Positions 26,058-35,745 of a stretch of DNA of 64,000 nt are shown here, in pieces. The translations under genes were made by a program, and so were the position numbers. The stretch comes from Nitrospirota bacterium. GTDB lineage: Bacteria > Nitrospirota > Leptospirillia > Leptospirillales > Leptospirillaceae. The notes below the pieces were generated by a model that saw only the letters and a program-made list of their open reading frames with translations, was not told the DNA's origin and ran no database searches. Location: contig JAKARS010000001.1 in NCBI GenBank assembly GCA_021828375.1, positions 27,822 through 91,821 on the forward strand, given 5' to 3'. Within the stretch, counting starts at the first letter, position 1, and each line of letters starts with the position of its first letter.

Positions 26058-27264
26058 AATGGCAAAAGCAAAATTCGAGAGAACAAAGCCGCATCTGAAT
26101 ATCGGAACGATCGGACACGTGGACCATGGGAAGACGACCTTAACCGCAGCGATTACGCGGGTTCTGGCAGCGAACAAGATGGCCGAGTTTCTGGCGTATG
26201 ACATGATCGACAAGGCCCCGGAAGAGCGGGAGCGTGGGATTACGATTGCCATTGCCCATGTGGAGTATCAGACCGCGAACCGGCACTATGCGCATGTGGA
26301 TTGCCCGGGACACGCCGACTACGTGAAAAATATGATCACGGGAGCGGCGCAGATGGACGGAGCGATTCTGGTGGTTTCGGCGGCGGATGGTCCGATGCCC
26401 CAGACGCGGGAACACATTCTGCTGGCGAGACAGGTGGGCGTCCCCTATATCGTCGTCTTCCTGAACAAGGTTGACATGGTGGATGATCCCGAGCTTCTGG
26501 AGCTGGTGGAGCTGGAAGTGCGTGAGCTCTTGTCGAAGTATGAGTTTCCTGGGGATGAGATTCCGATCACCCGAGGATCGGCACTGAAGGCCCTGGAGTG
26601 CGGATGTGGGAAGCGGGAGTGTCCGGCGTGTTCCCCGATCCTCAAGCTGATGGATTCAGTGGATGAGTATATTCCGACCCCTGTTCGTGATGTGGAGAAA
26701 CCCTTTTTGATGCCTGTTGAAGACGTGTTCTCAATCAGCGGCCGTGGGACGGTGGTGACGGGCCGGGTGGAAAGAGGCGTAGTGAAGGTCGGAGACGAGA
26801 TCGAGATCGTGGGAATTCGGGACACCCAGAAGACTGTTGTGACGGGGGTTGAAATGTTCCGGAAGGTCCTGGACTCCGGTCAGGCGGGAGACAATGTGGG
26901 GCTTCTTCTGAGAGGAACAAAGAAGGAAGATGTGGAGAGAGGAATGGTCCTGTCGAAGCCGGGATCCATCACTCCGCACACAGAGTTTGAGGCTGAGGCC
27001 TATATTCTGACCAAGGAAGAGGGCGGGAGACATACCCCCTTCTTCAATGGATACCGTCCTCAGTTTTATTTCCGGACCACCGATGTGACAGGCGTTGTGA
27101 CGCTGAATGAAGGTGTCGAGATGGTGATGCCTGGAGATAATATTCGGGTAAAGGTGAAGTTGATCACTCCGATCGCGATGGAAGATGGTCTTCGCTTTGC
27201 GATTCGGGAAGGCGGACGGACTGTCGGTGCCGGTGTTATCTCCAAGGTCATCCTTTAAATACTG
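26058..27264 (+). repeat. 1207-bp direct repeat, copy 1 (tuf plus 1 nt upstream and 6 nt downstream)
   Basis: The flanks diverge at 26057/43554 and at 27265/44762. Several 60-nt lines compared directly, and every six-frame ORF on both strands, are identical between the copies (offset 17,497 nt). Confidence 0.9.
26059..27258 (+). CDS. tuf: Elongation factor Tu (copy 1)
   Basis: 399 aa. [22 protein letters not shown]. The protein is identical to copy 2. Confidence 0.98.
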   Translation: MAKAKFERTKPHLNIGTIGHVDHGKTTLTAAITRVLAANKMAEFLAYDMIDKAPEERERGITIAIAHVEYQTANRHYAHVDCPGHADYVKNMITGAAQMDGAILVVSAADGPMPQTREHILLARQVGVPYIVVFLNKVDMVDDPELLELVELEVRELLSKYEFPGDEIPITRGSALKALECGCGKRECPACSPILKLMDSVDEYIPTPVRDVEKPFLMPVEDVFSISGRGTVVTGRVERGVVKVGDEIEIVGIRDTQKTVVTGVEMFRKVLDSGQAGDNVGLLLRGTKKEDVERGMVLSKPGSITPHTEFEAEAYILTKEEGGRHTPFFNGYRPQFYFRTTDVTGVVTLNEGVEMVMPGDNIRVKVKLITPIAMEDGLRFAIREGGRTVGAGVISKVIL

Positions 27265-27277
27265 AAAGGAATATCTG

Positions 27278-27427
27278 ATGCGCGAGATTATCACCTTAGC
27301 GTGCACTGAGTGCAAGGACAGGAATTATTCCACGATGAAGAATAAGCGTAACAATGCAGAAAAAATTGAGCTAAAAAAATTCTGCAAGAAATGTCGTGGT
27401 CATAAGGTTCATAAGGAAACAAAATAA
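27278..27427 (+). CDS. rpmG: 50S ribosomal protein L33 (Zn-ribbon C+ form)
   Basis: Not in the ORF track (49 aa). Translated by hand: [49 protein letters not shown]. Confidence 0.9.
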   Translation: MREIITLACTECKDRNYSTMKNKRNNAEKIELKKFCKKCRGHKVHKETK

Positions 27428-27431
27428 TCTT

Positions 27432-27508
27432 AGGCCAGTAGCTCAATTTGGCAGAGCTCCGGTCTCCAAAACCGGTGGTTGGGGGTTCAAGTCCCTCCTG
27501 GCCTGCCA
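27432..27508 (+). tRNA. tRNA-Trp (anticodon CCA)
   Basis: Acceptor AGGCCAG/CTGGCCT, anticodon loop CTCCAAA, CCA encoded. Confidence 0.93.
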
Positions 27509-27528
27509 ATGAAATAGGAGAGTTCTTG

Positions 27529-27720
27529 ATGGGCCGCATGGAAAAACTAAAAGGGTATCTTTCCGATGTTGCGGTCGAATTAAAGAAAACGTCCTTTCCT
27601 ACTCGCGATCAGACGATTGGGTCGTCAGTCGTTGTTGTTGTGATGGTTGTGTTCATGTCCTTTTTTTTGGCTCTGGCGGATCTTGTTTTGGCAAAAGTCG
27701 TCGGACTGATTCTTCGCTGA
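27529..27720 (+). CDS. secE: Preprotein translocase subunit SecE
   Basis: AGGAG RBS then ATG 27529. 63 aa with a single C-terminal TM helix. Its position between tRNA-Trp and nusG is canonical. The longer ORF-track form overlaps the tRNA. Confidence 0.85.
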   Translation: MGRMEKLKGYLSDVAVELKKTSFPTRDQTIGSSVVVVVMVVFMSFFLALADLVLAKVVGLILR

Positions 27721-27758
27721 TGCGGGAAGGCCCCCGCCTTTAAAAATTGGATCAATAG

Positions 27759-28292
27759 ATGCCTGAAAAAAGCTGGTTTGTGCTTCATACATATGCAGGA
27801 TTTGAGAATAAGGTAAAGACCGCCCTCGAAGGACTTCGGGAAAGAGGTGGGATCGAGGATGGAATCGGTATTGTCCTTGTTCCAACTCAGAATGTCACAG
27901 AGTTCAAGGAGGGAAAAAAGAAGGTCTCCACGAGGAAAGTCTTTCCAGGATACGTCTTGATCGAGATGGAGCCGACAGAGGAAGTTTTTCATTATGTGAA
28001 ATCCGTTCCTAAAGTGACGGGGTTCCTTGGAAATAAGGGAAAGCCCCAGCCAATGACGGCAACGGAAGTCAACGAGCTCTTCCATCGCATCGAGGAAGGG
28101 ACTGCTATGCCTGCTGCAAGTGAGCAGTATTTTGAAGGTGATTCTATCCGTATTACGGATGGCCCTTTCCAAGGCTTTACTGGAGCGATTTCAGGTGTCG
28201 ATTCAGAGCATGGCAAAGTCAGGGTTCTTGTAAGTATCTTTGGTCGGCAAACGCCGGTAGAGCTCGACTTTCTTCAAATTGAGCGAGCATAG
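27759..28292 (+). CDS. nusG: Transcription termination/antitermination factor NusG
   Basis: NGN domain (WFVLHTYAGFENKV) and KOW motif (GDSIRITDGPFQGFTGAI). Confidence 0.95.
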   Translation: MPEKSWFVLHTYAGFENKVKTALEGLRERGGIEDGIGIVLVPTQNVTEFKEGKKKVSTRKVFPGYVLIEMEPTEEVFHYVKSVPKVTGFLGNKGKPQPMTATEVNELFHRIEEGTAMPAASEQYFEGDSIRITDGPFQGFTGAISGVDSEHGKVRVLVSIFGRQTPVELDFLQIERA

Positions 28293-28328
28293 ATCGTCCT
28301 TTCTTTCGTTTTTATTTTGGGGAAAACA

Positions 28329-28754
28329 ATGGCAAAAGAAATTACAGGCTATGTCAAGCTTCAAATTCCAGCAGGAAAAGCCAATCCTGCGCCTCCTGTC
28401 GGTCCGGCACTTGGTCAACATGGCGTCAACATCATGGAGTTTTGCAAGCAATTCAATGCAAAGACTCAAGGCCAAGAAAACACAATTATTCCTGTCGTCA
28501 TTACAGTCTATAAGGATCGTTCCTTCACTTTTATCACCAAAACTCCTCCCGCCTCGGATCTTTTAAAGAAATATGCCGCTGTCCCCAAGGGATCGAAAAC
28601 GCCTAACAAAGAGAAGGTGGCGGCCATTCCTAGGTCGAAGGTCATGGAAATTGCAAAAATCAAGATGCCAGACCTCAATGCCTATGATGTTAATCATGCC
28701 GCGAGGATTATTGAAGGAACCGCGAGAAGCATGGGAATAACCATTGAAGACTAA
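28329..28754 (+). CDS. rplK: 50S ribosomal protein L11
   Basis: [40 protein letters not shown]. Confidence 0.95.
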   Translation: MAKEITGYVKLQIPAGKANPAPPVGPALGQHGVNIMEFCKQFNAKTQGQENTIIPVVITVYKDRSFTFITKTPPASDLLKKYAAVPKGSKTPNKEKVAAIPRSKVMEIAKIKMPDLNAYDVNHAARIIEGTARSMGITIED

Positions 28755-28765
28755 GGGTTGAAAAA

Positions 28766-29464
28766 ATGTCTAAAGGAAAACAAATCGCGAAGGCTCAGGC
28801 GAGTGTGGCTCCCACTGACCATTCGTTAAAAGAAGCTATCGCACTTATCCAGTCGATCAAGTTTGCAAAATTTGACGAATCTGTTGATTTGGCTGTTTCT
28901 TTGGGGATTGACCCTAAGCGTTCAGATCAGATGGTTCGCTCAGCTATCGTCCTTCCTCATGGCCTCGGGAAGAAGGTTCGTATTCTTGTTTTTGCAAAGG
29001 GTGAGAAAGAGAAAGAGGCTTTGGAGAAGGGGGCTGATTACGTTGGTGGAGATGATCTGGTCGCTCGCATTCAAGAAGGCTGGCTGGATTTTGATCAAGT
29101 TATCGCCACCCCTGACATGATGGCTGCAGTCGGAAAAGTTGGAAAAATCCTGGGTCCCCGAGGGTTGATGCCGAATCCTAAGACCGGCACGGTGACGTTT
29201 GAAGTTGGAAAAGCCGTTCAAGAGGCCAAGCAAGGAAAGATTGAGTTCAAATCTGAAAAGGCAGGAATTCTCCACTTTTCAGTTGGGCGTGCAAGCTTTG
29301 ACGCCAATATGCTCCTCGAAAATGTCATGACGGCCATGGGTGCCATTCTGAAGGCCAAGCCCCAGACATCCAAAGGAAAATATGTCAAGTCCATCTCCAT
29401 CTCCACGACAATGGGACCTGGAGTCAAGATAGATGTGAACCAACTCTTGAAAGAGGTTGTTTGA
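28766..29464 (+). CDS. rplA: 50S ribosomal protein L1
   Basis: [15 protein letters not shown] and overall L1 similarity. Confidence 0.95.
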   Translation: MSKGKQIAKAQASVAPTDHSLKEAIALIQSIKFAKFDESVDLAVSLGIDPKRSDQMVRSAIVLPHGLGKKVRILVFAKGEKEKEALEKGADYVGGDDLVARIQEGWLDFDQVIATPDMMAAVGKVGKILGPRGLMPNPKTGTVTFEVGKAVQEAKQGKIEFKSEKAGILHFSVGRASFDANMLLENVMTAMGAILKAKPQTSKGKYVKSISISTTMGPGVKIDVNQLLKEVV

Positions 29465-29985
29465 TGGCGAATAAGGCTCAGAAAACGGCCAGCATTGAAT
29501 CCTTCAGGAAATTGGCTAACGCCTCTTCCGTGACGGTAGTTGCTGAGTATAAGGGTCTGAATGTTGAAAAGCTCACTGCTTTGCGCCGTTCCCTCAAGAC
29601 TCATGGGGGTAGTTTTTCCGTCTATAAAAATACCCTTGCGAAAATCGGAACAGAAACCACCCTTACGAATCCCCTTACTCCAGAAATCAAGGGGCAGGTC
29701 GGGTATGTTTTTTCCGAAGAGAATCCTCTTGGAGTTATCAAGGCTGTTGTTGACTACTCCAAGGAGAATCCCCTTTTCAAGATCAAGGCAGGGGTCTTTG
29801 ATGGGCAAAAGGTGTCCCATCAGGAGCTGATCGAACTGTCAAAAGTTCCAGATCGAAAGGTTCTTTACGGTCAACTTTTGGGACTTCTTCAGGCTCCCCT
29901 ATCCAACCTTGTTGGGGGGCTGCAGCAAATCCTCAGAAAGCCAATGTATGCGCTTGAGGAGCGAAAGAAACAGCTCGAAGGCTAA
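29464..29985 (+). CDS. rplJ: 50S ribosomal protein L10
   Basis: L10-like sequence located between rplA and rplL. ATG 29464 overlaps the rplA TGA by 1 nt. Confidence 0.9.
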   Translation: MANKAQKTASIESFRKLANASSVTVVAEYKGLNVEKLTALRRSLKTHGGSFSVYKNTLAKIGTETTLTNPLTPEIKGQVGYVFSEENPLGVIKAVVDYSKENPLFKIKAGVFDGQKVSHQELIELSKVPDRKVLYGQLLGLLQAPLSNLVGGLQQILRKPMYALEERKKQLEG

Positions 29986-30023
29986 TTTTTTCAATTCATT
30001 AATGAAATGGGAGGTTCTCAAAA

Positions 30024-30410
30024 ATGTCAAAAATGTCTGTTGACGAAATTCTTGGTGGTATCGAAACTTTATCCGTCCTTGAGCTTGTTTCCCTCATCAA
30101 AAGCATGGAAGAGAAGTTTGGGGTTTCAGCAGCTGCCCCTGTTGCTGTCGTTGCTGCAGGTGCTGGCGCAGCCGCAGCCGCTCCTGCCGAAGAAAAGACG
30201 GAGTTCGATGTGATTCTTAAGTCCGCTCCTGCAGATAAAAAGATCAACATCATCAAAGTTGTTCGTGAGATTACAAGCCTTGGACTTAAAGAAGCCAAGG
30301 ACCTCGTTGAGGGAGCTCCCAAGCCCATCAAAACTGGTGTTGCGAAAGCTGATGCAGATTCCACCAAAGAAAAGCTTGTTGCTGCTGGCGCTGAAGTAGA
30401 AGTCAAGTAA
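30024..30410 (+). CDS. rplL: 50S ribosomal protein L7/L12
   Basis: Ala-rich hinge plus the C-terminal domain [31 protein letters not shown]. Confidence 0.95.
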   Translation: MSKMSVDEILGGIETLSVLELVSLIKSMEEKFGVSAAAPVAVVAAGAGAAAAAPAEEKTEFDVILKSAPADKKINIIKVVREITSLGLKEAKDLVEGAPKPIKTGVAKADADSTKEKLVAAGAEVEVK

Positions 30411-30431
30411 ACGTATCAAGCTTCCATACAT

Positions 30432-30471
30432 CCGGAGGGCCGTCATTTGTCCCTCCGGTTTTCTCATTTTT
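30432..30471 (+). terminator. Hairpin plus T-tract in the rplL-rpoB spacer (probable partial terminator/attenuator)
   Basis: CCGGAGGG (30432-39) pairs perfectly with CCCTCCGG (30451-58) around an 11-nt loop, followed by ttttctcattttt. An attenuator at this position is known in E. coli. Confidence 0.6.
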
Positions 30472-30555
30472 GTAGCAGCTTTTTGCTCTGCTCAATCCAA
30501 AGTCTCTCCCGACAAATGAGCTCCACATCAAAATGCATGGCCTGAGGAATAATAG

Positions 30556-33500
30556 ATGGAGAACAAAACCGCGATAGTTCGCCACAATTTTGGTGGCAGT
30601 CAGCAGTTTATAGACGTTCAGGATCTTATTGAAATTCAGAAGCGCTCTTATGAGCGGTTCCTGCAGCTAGATGTTCCTCCTGCCTTGAGGGAGGACAGCG
30701 GTCTCCAGTCTGCCTTTCTGAGTGTTTTCCCTATTGAAGACTATAACGGAAACTACCGGATAGATTTTATTGAATACTCCCTAGGGGAGCCAAAGTATGA
30801 AGAGTACGAATGTCTTGAGCGCGGAATGACCTATGCCGCCCCTCTCAAAATTAAAATCCGTATTGCTGCTCTTGAGCAGAATAAGGAAATCGAGAAAACA
30901 TCTCCTCTCTCCAAAGAACCATCATTTTCTGTCAAGTATATGAAAGAAGAAGAAAAATATCTCGGCGATCTTCCCCTCATGACAACCAAGGGTACCTTCA
31001 TTATAAATGGGACAGAAAGGGTTGTCGTAAGTCAGCTGCACCGCTCGCCAGGAGTCTTTTTCTCTCATGATAAGACGAAGACCCGACTCACTGGAACCCC
31101 TCTCTTTACCTCGCGGATTATACCCTATCGCGGCTCTTGGATCGATTTCGAATATGACCAGAAGGATAATCTTTACGTTCGCATCGATAGAAAAAAGAAG
31201 TTTCCTGCCACGATCCTGCTTAAGGCAATGGGCATGACTTCCGCCGGTGTTGTCAAGGAGTATTACAACATCGAAACTCTTCAGATCAAACCTGGGGCTC
31301 CAGAGCTCTATGCTTACTTTCCAATCGAGCCAGGGTCTACATTGCCATTCCAGTTGAAAGATCATGATGGCCTTGTTTTCAGAGATGACTCTGTTCCGAT
31401 GGAATCTGCTGAGATCATGCGGGTATTAAAGGATCGTCTTGATCTGACTCTCCGTTTTCAGGGTGAAGGAGTTGATGAGGTCACCATTCCCAATATTAGG
31501 TTCTTTGCGGACTCCAAAACATCCGGAATTCTTATTCCGATTGTCGGTGGGCGCGGATCTGCAGGTATCGCACCGCTTCTTTCTAAGGAAGCATCGGACC
31601 TTCTCTCAAAACTAGAGTCGAAGCTTTCAGAAATTCCACTCGGTCACCTTGCGGTTCCGCTTACAGCCAAGGCATTCCTCTCTCTTCTTGACCTTTCAGG
31701 AAAAGCCACAGAATCTCTTCTTCATACGATTCTTCCCTTTGCCGAAAAAATTCGTGATTTTATCATATTCCGACCGACACAAGTTTTTCGATCTATGGAT
31801 ATTTCGATTGGAGACCCTCTTCCATTCAAGATCTGGACCCGATCGCTGAAAGAAGAGGGAGATCGCGTCAAAACTAGTGATGAAGTCGTTTACCAGGATA
31901 AAGTGACCAAATTTTCAAAAGAAATAGTGAATGCCATCAAGTCCCACTCTTCAATGGGAACAATGCATTCAAAGAGTAAGAAATTTTACCCTCTGACTAT
32001 CGAGGCACTTGAAGGGGCCAACCGATATCGGCTTCTTGAGGCCATTCCCGAAAAAGAGGTTGAGGATTTTCACTCAGCCGAAGATCTTCTAGATCCACAG
32101 AATCCAATGGAGGTTCTTCTCTCCGTTGGGCAAAGAATCATTGAAGAGGATGGAGATAAGACACGGATTCCTGTCCTCACCAACCTTATTCAACGAGGTA
32201 TTTTTGAAATTCGTTGCTATGCTGTTCCTGTTAGCCAGCGGGCACGAGCAGTTCTTCATCAGACGCTCCTGATAGATAAGAAATCCCTCGCTCAAGATCG
32301 AGCGGGTCATATGGAAACAGAAAGATTTCGACTTGTACGCATGCTTGTATCTTCAGGCATTGACCCTGAGGCTCGTGCAAAAGTTCTGGTCTCTCGCTTT
32401 ATGGGAGGATTAGTTGCTGATGTTGATGTCTCCACTAAAAAAGCTGCATTTCATCTCAGACCCACAGGGAAAGCCCTCTTTAAGCTTGTCTCGGAAGATG
32501 GTGAGACGATCATATCCGATGGCTCTCCCGTAACGCAGGAAACCCTCAATCAGATTGCAGAGCATAATAAACTTATACTGGTCCGTTCTAAGCACGAAGA
32601 TCTTCGAGTCTTGGTGCAATCAGCCCAGGAAAATGATGGAAATATCATCACCCTAACAACTGAAAAGCCCGTGACCCTTCCGGACCTGCAAAGTTATGTT
32701 CATATGTTCGAGCTTGAAGAGCCCAAGAAGGGTAATCCTTATAAAAAAGAAGGCGAGCTTTTTGAGTTTGAGGATCTTGATGTTGCAAAAAAATCTAAAA
32801 AGACCAGTGTATCCCTTGTCTATTCAGCTACCAATAAATCCCATGATCTTCTTCTTGAGCTCTTGGATTTAGCGAAGAACCCCCACAGGATTGAATCTGA
32901 TCCTGCTGTTGTCGAAATCTATAAAAAAATTCGCCCCGGTGAAGTGCCCCATGTTGAGACAGCTCGTCAATTCTTTGACCAATCATTCTTCAATAGTAAG
33001 CGCTATGACCTCTCTTCAGTCGGACGCCTTAAACTAAATTCAAAGTTGGGGATTCGTGAAAGTCTTTCTAATCGACTTCTCACAAAGACCGATATCGTTG
33101 AAGTCATTCGTTATATGGTTGATCTTCTTGAGAACAAAGGTGAAATCGACGACATTGACCACTTGGGGAACCGTAGGGTTCGCTCAGTTGGCGAACTCCT
33201 TGAGAACCAATTCCGAATCGGGCTCGTAAGGATGGAGCGTGCAATCAAGGAGAGATTAAATCTCGGAGATCCTGAAAGCGTCATCTCTTCAGACCCAATT
33301 AATGTTAAGCCGGTTACAGCCATTATTAAGGAGTTTTTTGGTTCTAGCCAGCTTTCGCAATTTATGGATCAAACGAATCCTCTTGCTGAAGTGACGCACA
33401 AGCGCCGTCTCTCTGCGTTGGGACCTGGAGGGCTCACAAGGGAACGGGCAGGGTTTGAAGTTCGCGACGTTCATGCGAGCCATTATGGTCGCATTTGTCC

Positions 33501-35745
33501 AATTGAAACCCCAGAAGGGCCAAATATTGGTTTGATCACTTCTCTGGCAACATTTGCTCGAGTGAATGATTTTGGCTTTATCGAGTCTCCTGTCCGAGTT
33601 GTTGAAAATGGCGTCGCGAAGCCTGAAATTGTTTATTTGTCTGCTATGGATGGAGATAAGTACATCATTGCTCAAGCAAGCACAAAGCTTGATCAAAATG
33701 GCGCGTTGACCGAAACCCAAGTCTCTGCAAGGTTTAAGGGTGATTTTATTAGCGTATCTCCAGATCAGGTTCAATATATTGATGTGGCTCCTCAACAAAT
33801 TGTTTCTGTAGCCACAGCGCTGATCCCATTTCTTGAACATAATGACGCTAACCGTGCTCTTATGGGATCAAATATGCAACGCCAGGCCGTTCCTCTTCTT
33901 CGACCCAGCGCCCCCCTCGTTGGGACGGGGATGGAAAAAGTTGTTGCTAGAGACTCGGGCTATGTTATTTATGCAACAGATGATGGGGAAGTTGTAAAGG
34001 TTGATGGGACCTCTTTTACTGTTAAGTACAAAAATACAGGGCTAAAGACATATCCACTGATAAAGTTCAGGCGCTCAAATCAAAATACATGCCTGAATCA
34101 AAAGGTCCTGCTAAGCCCAAGAACGAAGTTCAAGAAGGGCGATGTGCTCGTTGATGGCCCCTCAACGGAACGTGGTGACTTGGCTATGGGGCAAAATGTT
34201 CTCGTGGCATTCATGCCTTGGGGTGGATACAACTTTGAGGATGCCATCCTGATAAGCGAGCGCCTTGTTCGTGATGATATGTTTACCTCGATTCATATCG
34301 AAGAATTTGAACTTGAAGCCCGTGAAACAAAACAAGGTAAAGAAGAAATCACCCGCGATATCCCCAACCTTTCGGATGAAGCACTCAAAAACCTTGATGA
34401 AGGGGGAATCGTTAGGATTGGCGCTGAGGTGAAGCCAGGAGATATCCTCGTGGGTAAAGTTACCCCGAAGGCAGAAACCCAGCTAACACCGGAAGAACGT
34501 TTGCTGCGAGCTATTTTTGGTGATAAGTCTGCTAATTGGAAGGATGCATCCCTGACAGTTCCGGCAGGCATCGAAGGAATTGTTGTCGATGTCAAGATTC
34601 TTTCGCGAAAAGGCATTGAAAAAGATGAAGCTGTAATGGCTGCGCCCATGCATGGTCAGGACATAGGTTCCTTGACTCATGCTTACCAGGGTGAGCTCCG
34701 TAAGGTTGAAGAAGAAAAGAAGGAAAAAATCAAGGCATTTCTTCTCGGGAAGGTTATCAAGGAGGATATCCTCGATGCAGAGACTGGTGATGTAATTCTC
34801 AAGAAAAAAAGACGCCTCACCACAGATACTCTTGAAAAACTGGCAGACTATTCGGCTATTACCCTCTCGGATCAAAAAGAGCAGGATGAATTACAGGCAA
34901 TTGAGTCCCGGACAAAAGAGAAAATTGAAGCCATTCAGATGCGTCATGATGAGCGTATCGGTCGTCTTAAAAAAGGTGACGAACTTGCTCCCGGGGTCCT
35001 CAAGCTTGTTAAGGTTTATGTGGCGATGAAGCGCAAGCTGTCTGTTGGAGATAAGATGGCCGGGCGTCACGGTAATAAAGGTGTTGTGTCACGGATTGTT
35101 CCTGTTGAGGACATGCCTTTCCTCCCCGACGGAACTCCTGTGGATATTATTCTCAATCCCTTAGGTGTTCCCTCCCGTATGAATGTGGGGCAAATTCTCG
35201 AAACTCACCTAGGTATGGCTGCACGTGCTCTCGGTCTGCACGTTGCGACTCCAGTCTTCGATGGTGCCACTGAAGAAGAGATCAAAGCCATGCTTAAAAA
35301 AGGTGGAATTTCTGAGACGGGGCAAACACGCCTTGTTGACGGTAAAACAGGGGAAATCTTTGAGCGTCCGGTGACTGTAGGCGTAATGTACATGTTTAAA
35401 CTGCATCATCTTGTGGATGATAAAATTCATGCGCGTTCCATTGGTCCTTACTCCCTCGTCACACAACAACCACTTGGTGGTAAGGCTCAATTTGGTGGAC
35501 AACGGCTTGGAGAAATGGAAGTTTGGGCATTGCAAGCCTACGGAGCGGCGTCAACTCTTCAGGAATTCCTTACGGTAAAATCTGACGATGTTTCAGGCAG
35601 AAGCCGGATGTATGAAGCCATAGTGAGAGGGGAAAACTATCTCGATCCAGGATTGCCAGAATCGTTCAATGTATTGATTAAAGAGCTTCAAAGTCTTGCT
35701 TTGGATATTGAACTTCTAAAGACACAGGAGAAGTTGAATGACTGA
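30556..35745 (+). CDS. rpoB: DNA-directed RNA polymerase beta subunit, unusually long (1729 aa)
   Basis: All conserved beta regions are present (e.g. [56 protein letters not shown]). There is about 400 aa of extra sequence between [15 protein letters not shown] and [10 protein letters not shown]. Confidence 0.97.
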   Translation: MENKTAIVRHNFGGSQQFIDVQDLIEIQKRSYERFLQLDVPPALREDSGLQSAFLSVFPIEDYNGNYRIDFIEYSLGEPKYEEYECLERGMTYAAPLKIKIRIAALEQNKEIEKTSPLSKEPSFSVKYMKEEEKYLGDLPLMTTKGTFIINGTERVVVSQLHRSPGVFFSHDKTKTRLTGTPLFTSRIIPYRGSWIDFEYDQKDNLYVRIDRKKKFPATILLKAMGMTSAGVVKEYYNIETLQIKPGAPELYAYFPIEPGSTLPFQLKDHDGLVFRDDSVPMESAEIMRVLKDRLDLTLRFQGEGVDEVTIPNIRFFADSKTSGILIPIVGGRGSAGIAPLLSKEASDLLSKLESKLSEIPLGHLAVPLTAKAFLSLLDLSGKATESLLHTILPFAEKIRDFIIFRPTQVFRSMDISIGDPLPFKIWTRSLKEEGDRVKTSDEVVYQDKVTKFSKEIVNAIKSHSSMGTMHSKSKKFYPLTIEALEGANRYRLLEAIPEKEVEDFHSAEDLLDPQNPMEVLLSVGQRIIEEDGDKTRIPVLTNLIQRGIFEIRCYAVPVSQRARAVLHQTLLIDKKSLAQDRAGHMETERFRLVRMLVSSGIDPEARAKVLVSRFMGGLVADVDVSTKKAAFHLRPTGKALFKLVSEDGETIISDGSPVTQETLNQIAEHNKLILVRSKHEDLRVLVQSAQENDGNIITLTTEKPVTLPDLQSYVHMFELEEPKKGNPYKKEGELFEFEDLDVAKKSKKTSVSLVYSATNKSHDLLLELLDLAKNPHRIESDPAVVEIYKKIRPGEVPHVETARQFFDQSFFNSKRYDLSSVGRLKLNSKLGIRESLSNRLLTKTDIVEVIRYMVDLLENKGEIDDIDHLGNRRVRSVGELLENQFRIGLVRMERAIKERLNLGDPESVISSDPINVKPVTAIIKEFFGSSQLSQFMDQTNPLAEVTHKRRLSALGPGGLTRERAGFEVRDVHASHYGRICPIETPEGPNIGLITSLATFARVNDFGFIESPVRVVENGVAKPEIVYLSAMDGDKYIIAQASTKLDQNGALTETQVSARFKGDFISVSPDQVQYIDVAPQQIVSVATALIPFLEHNDANRALMGSNMQRQAVPLLRPSAPLVGTGMEKVVARDSGYVIYATDDGEVVKVDGTSFTVKYKNTGLKTYPLIKFRRSNQNTCLNQKVLLSPRTKFKKGDVLVDGPSTERGDLAMGQNVLVAFMPWGGYNFEDAILISERLVRDDMFTSIHIEEFELEARETKQGKEEITRDIPNLSDEALKNLDEGGIVRIGAEVKPGDILVGKVTPKAETQLTPEERLLRAIFGDKSANWKDASLTVPAGIEGIVVDVKILSRKGIEKDEAVMAAPMHGQDIGSLTHAYQGELRKVEEEKKEKIKAFLLGKVIKEDILDAETGDVILKKKRRLTTDTLEKLADYSAITLSDQKEQDELQAIESRTKEKIEAIQMRHDERIGRLKKGDELAPGVLKLVKVYVAMKRKLSVGDKMAGRHGNKGVVSRIVPVEDMPFLPDGTPVDIILNPLGVPSRMNVGQILETHLGMAARALGLHVATPVFDGATEEEIKAMLKKGGISETGQTRLVDGKTGEIFERPVTVGVMYMFKLHHLVDDKIHARSIGPYSLVTQQPLGGKAQFGGQRLGEMEVWALQAYGAASTLQEFLTVKSDDVSGRSRMYEAIVRGENYLDPGLPESFNVLIKELQSLALDIELLKTQEKLND

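Noticed and set aside
26140-27315. Duplicated sets of antisense ORFs at 26140-27315 and 43637-44767.
   Set aside because: They are duplicated only because the tuf gene is duplicated. They have no independent coding signal.
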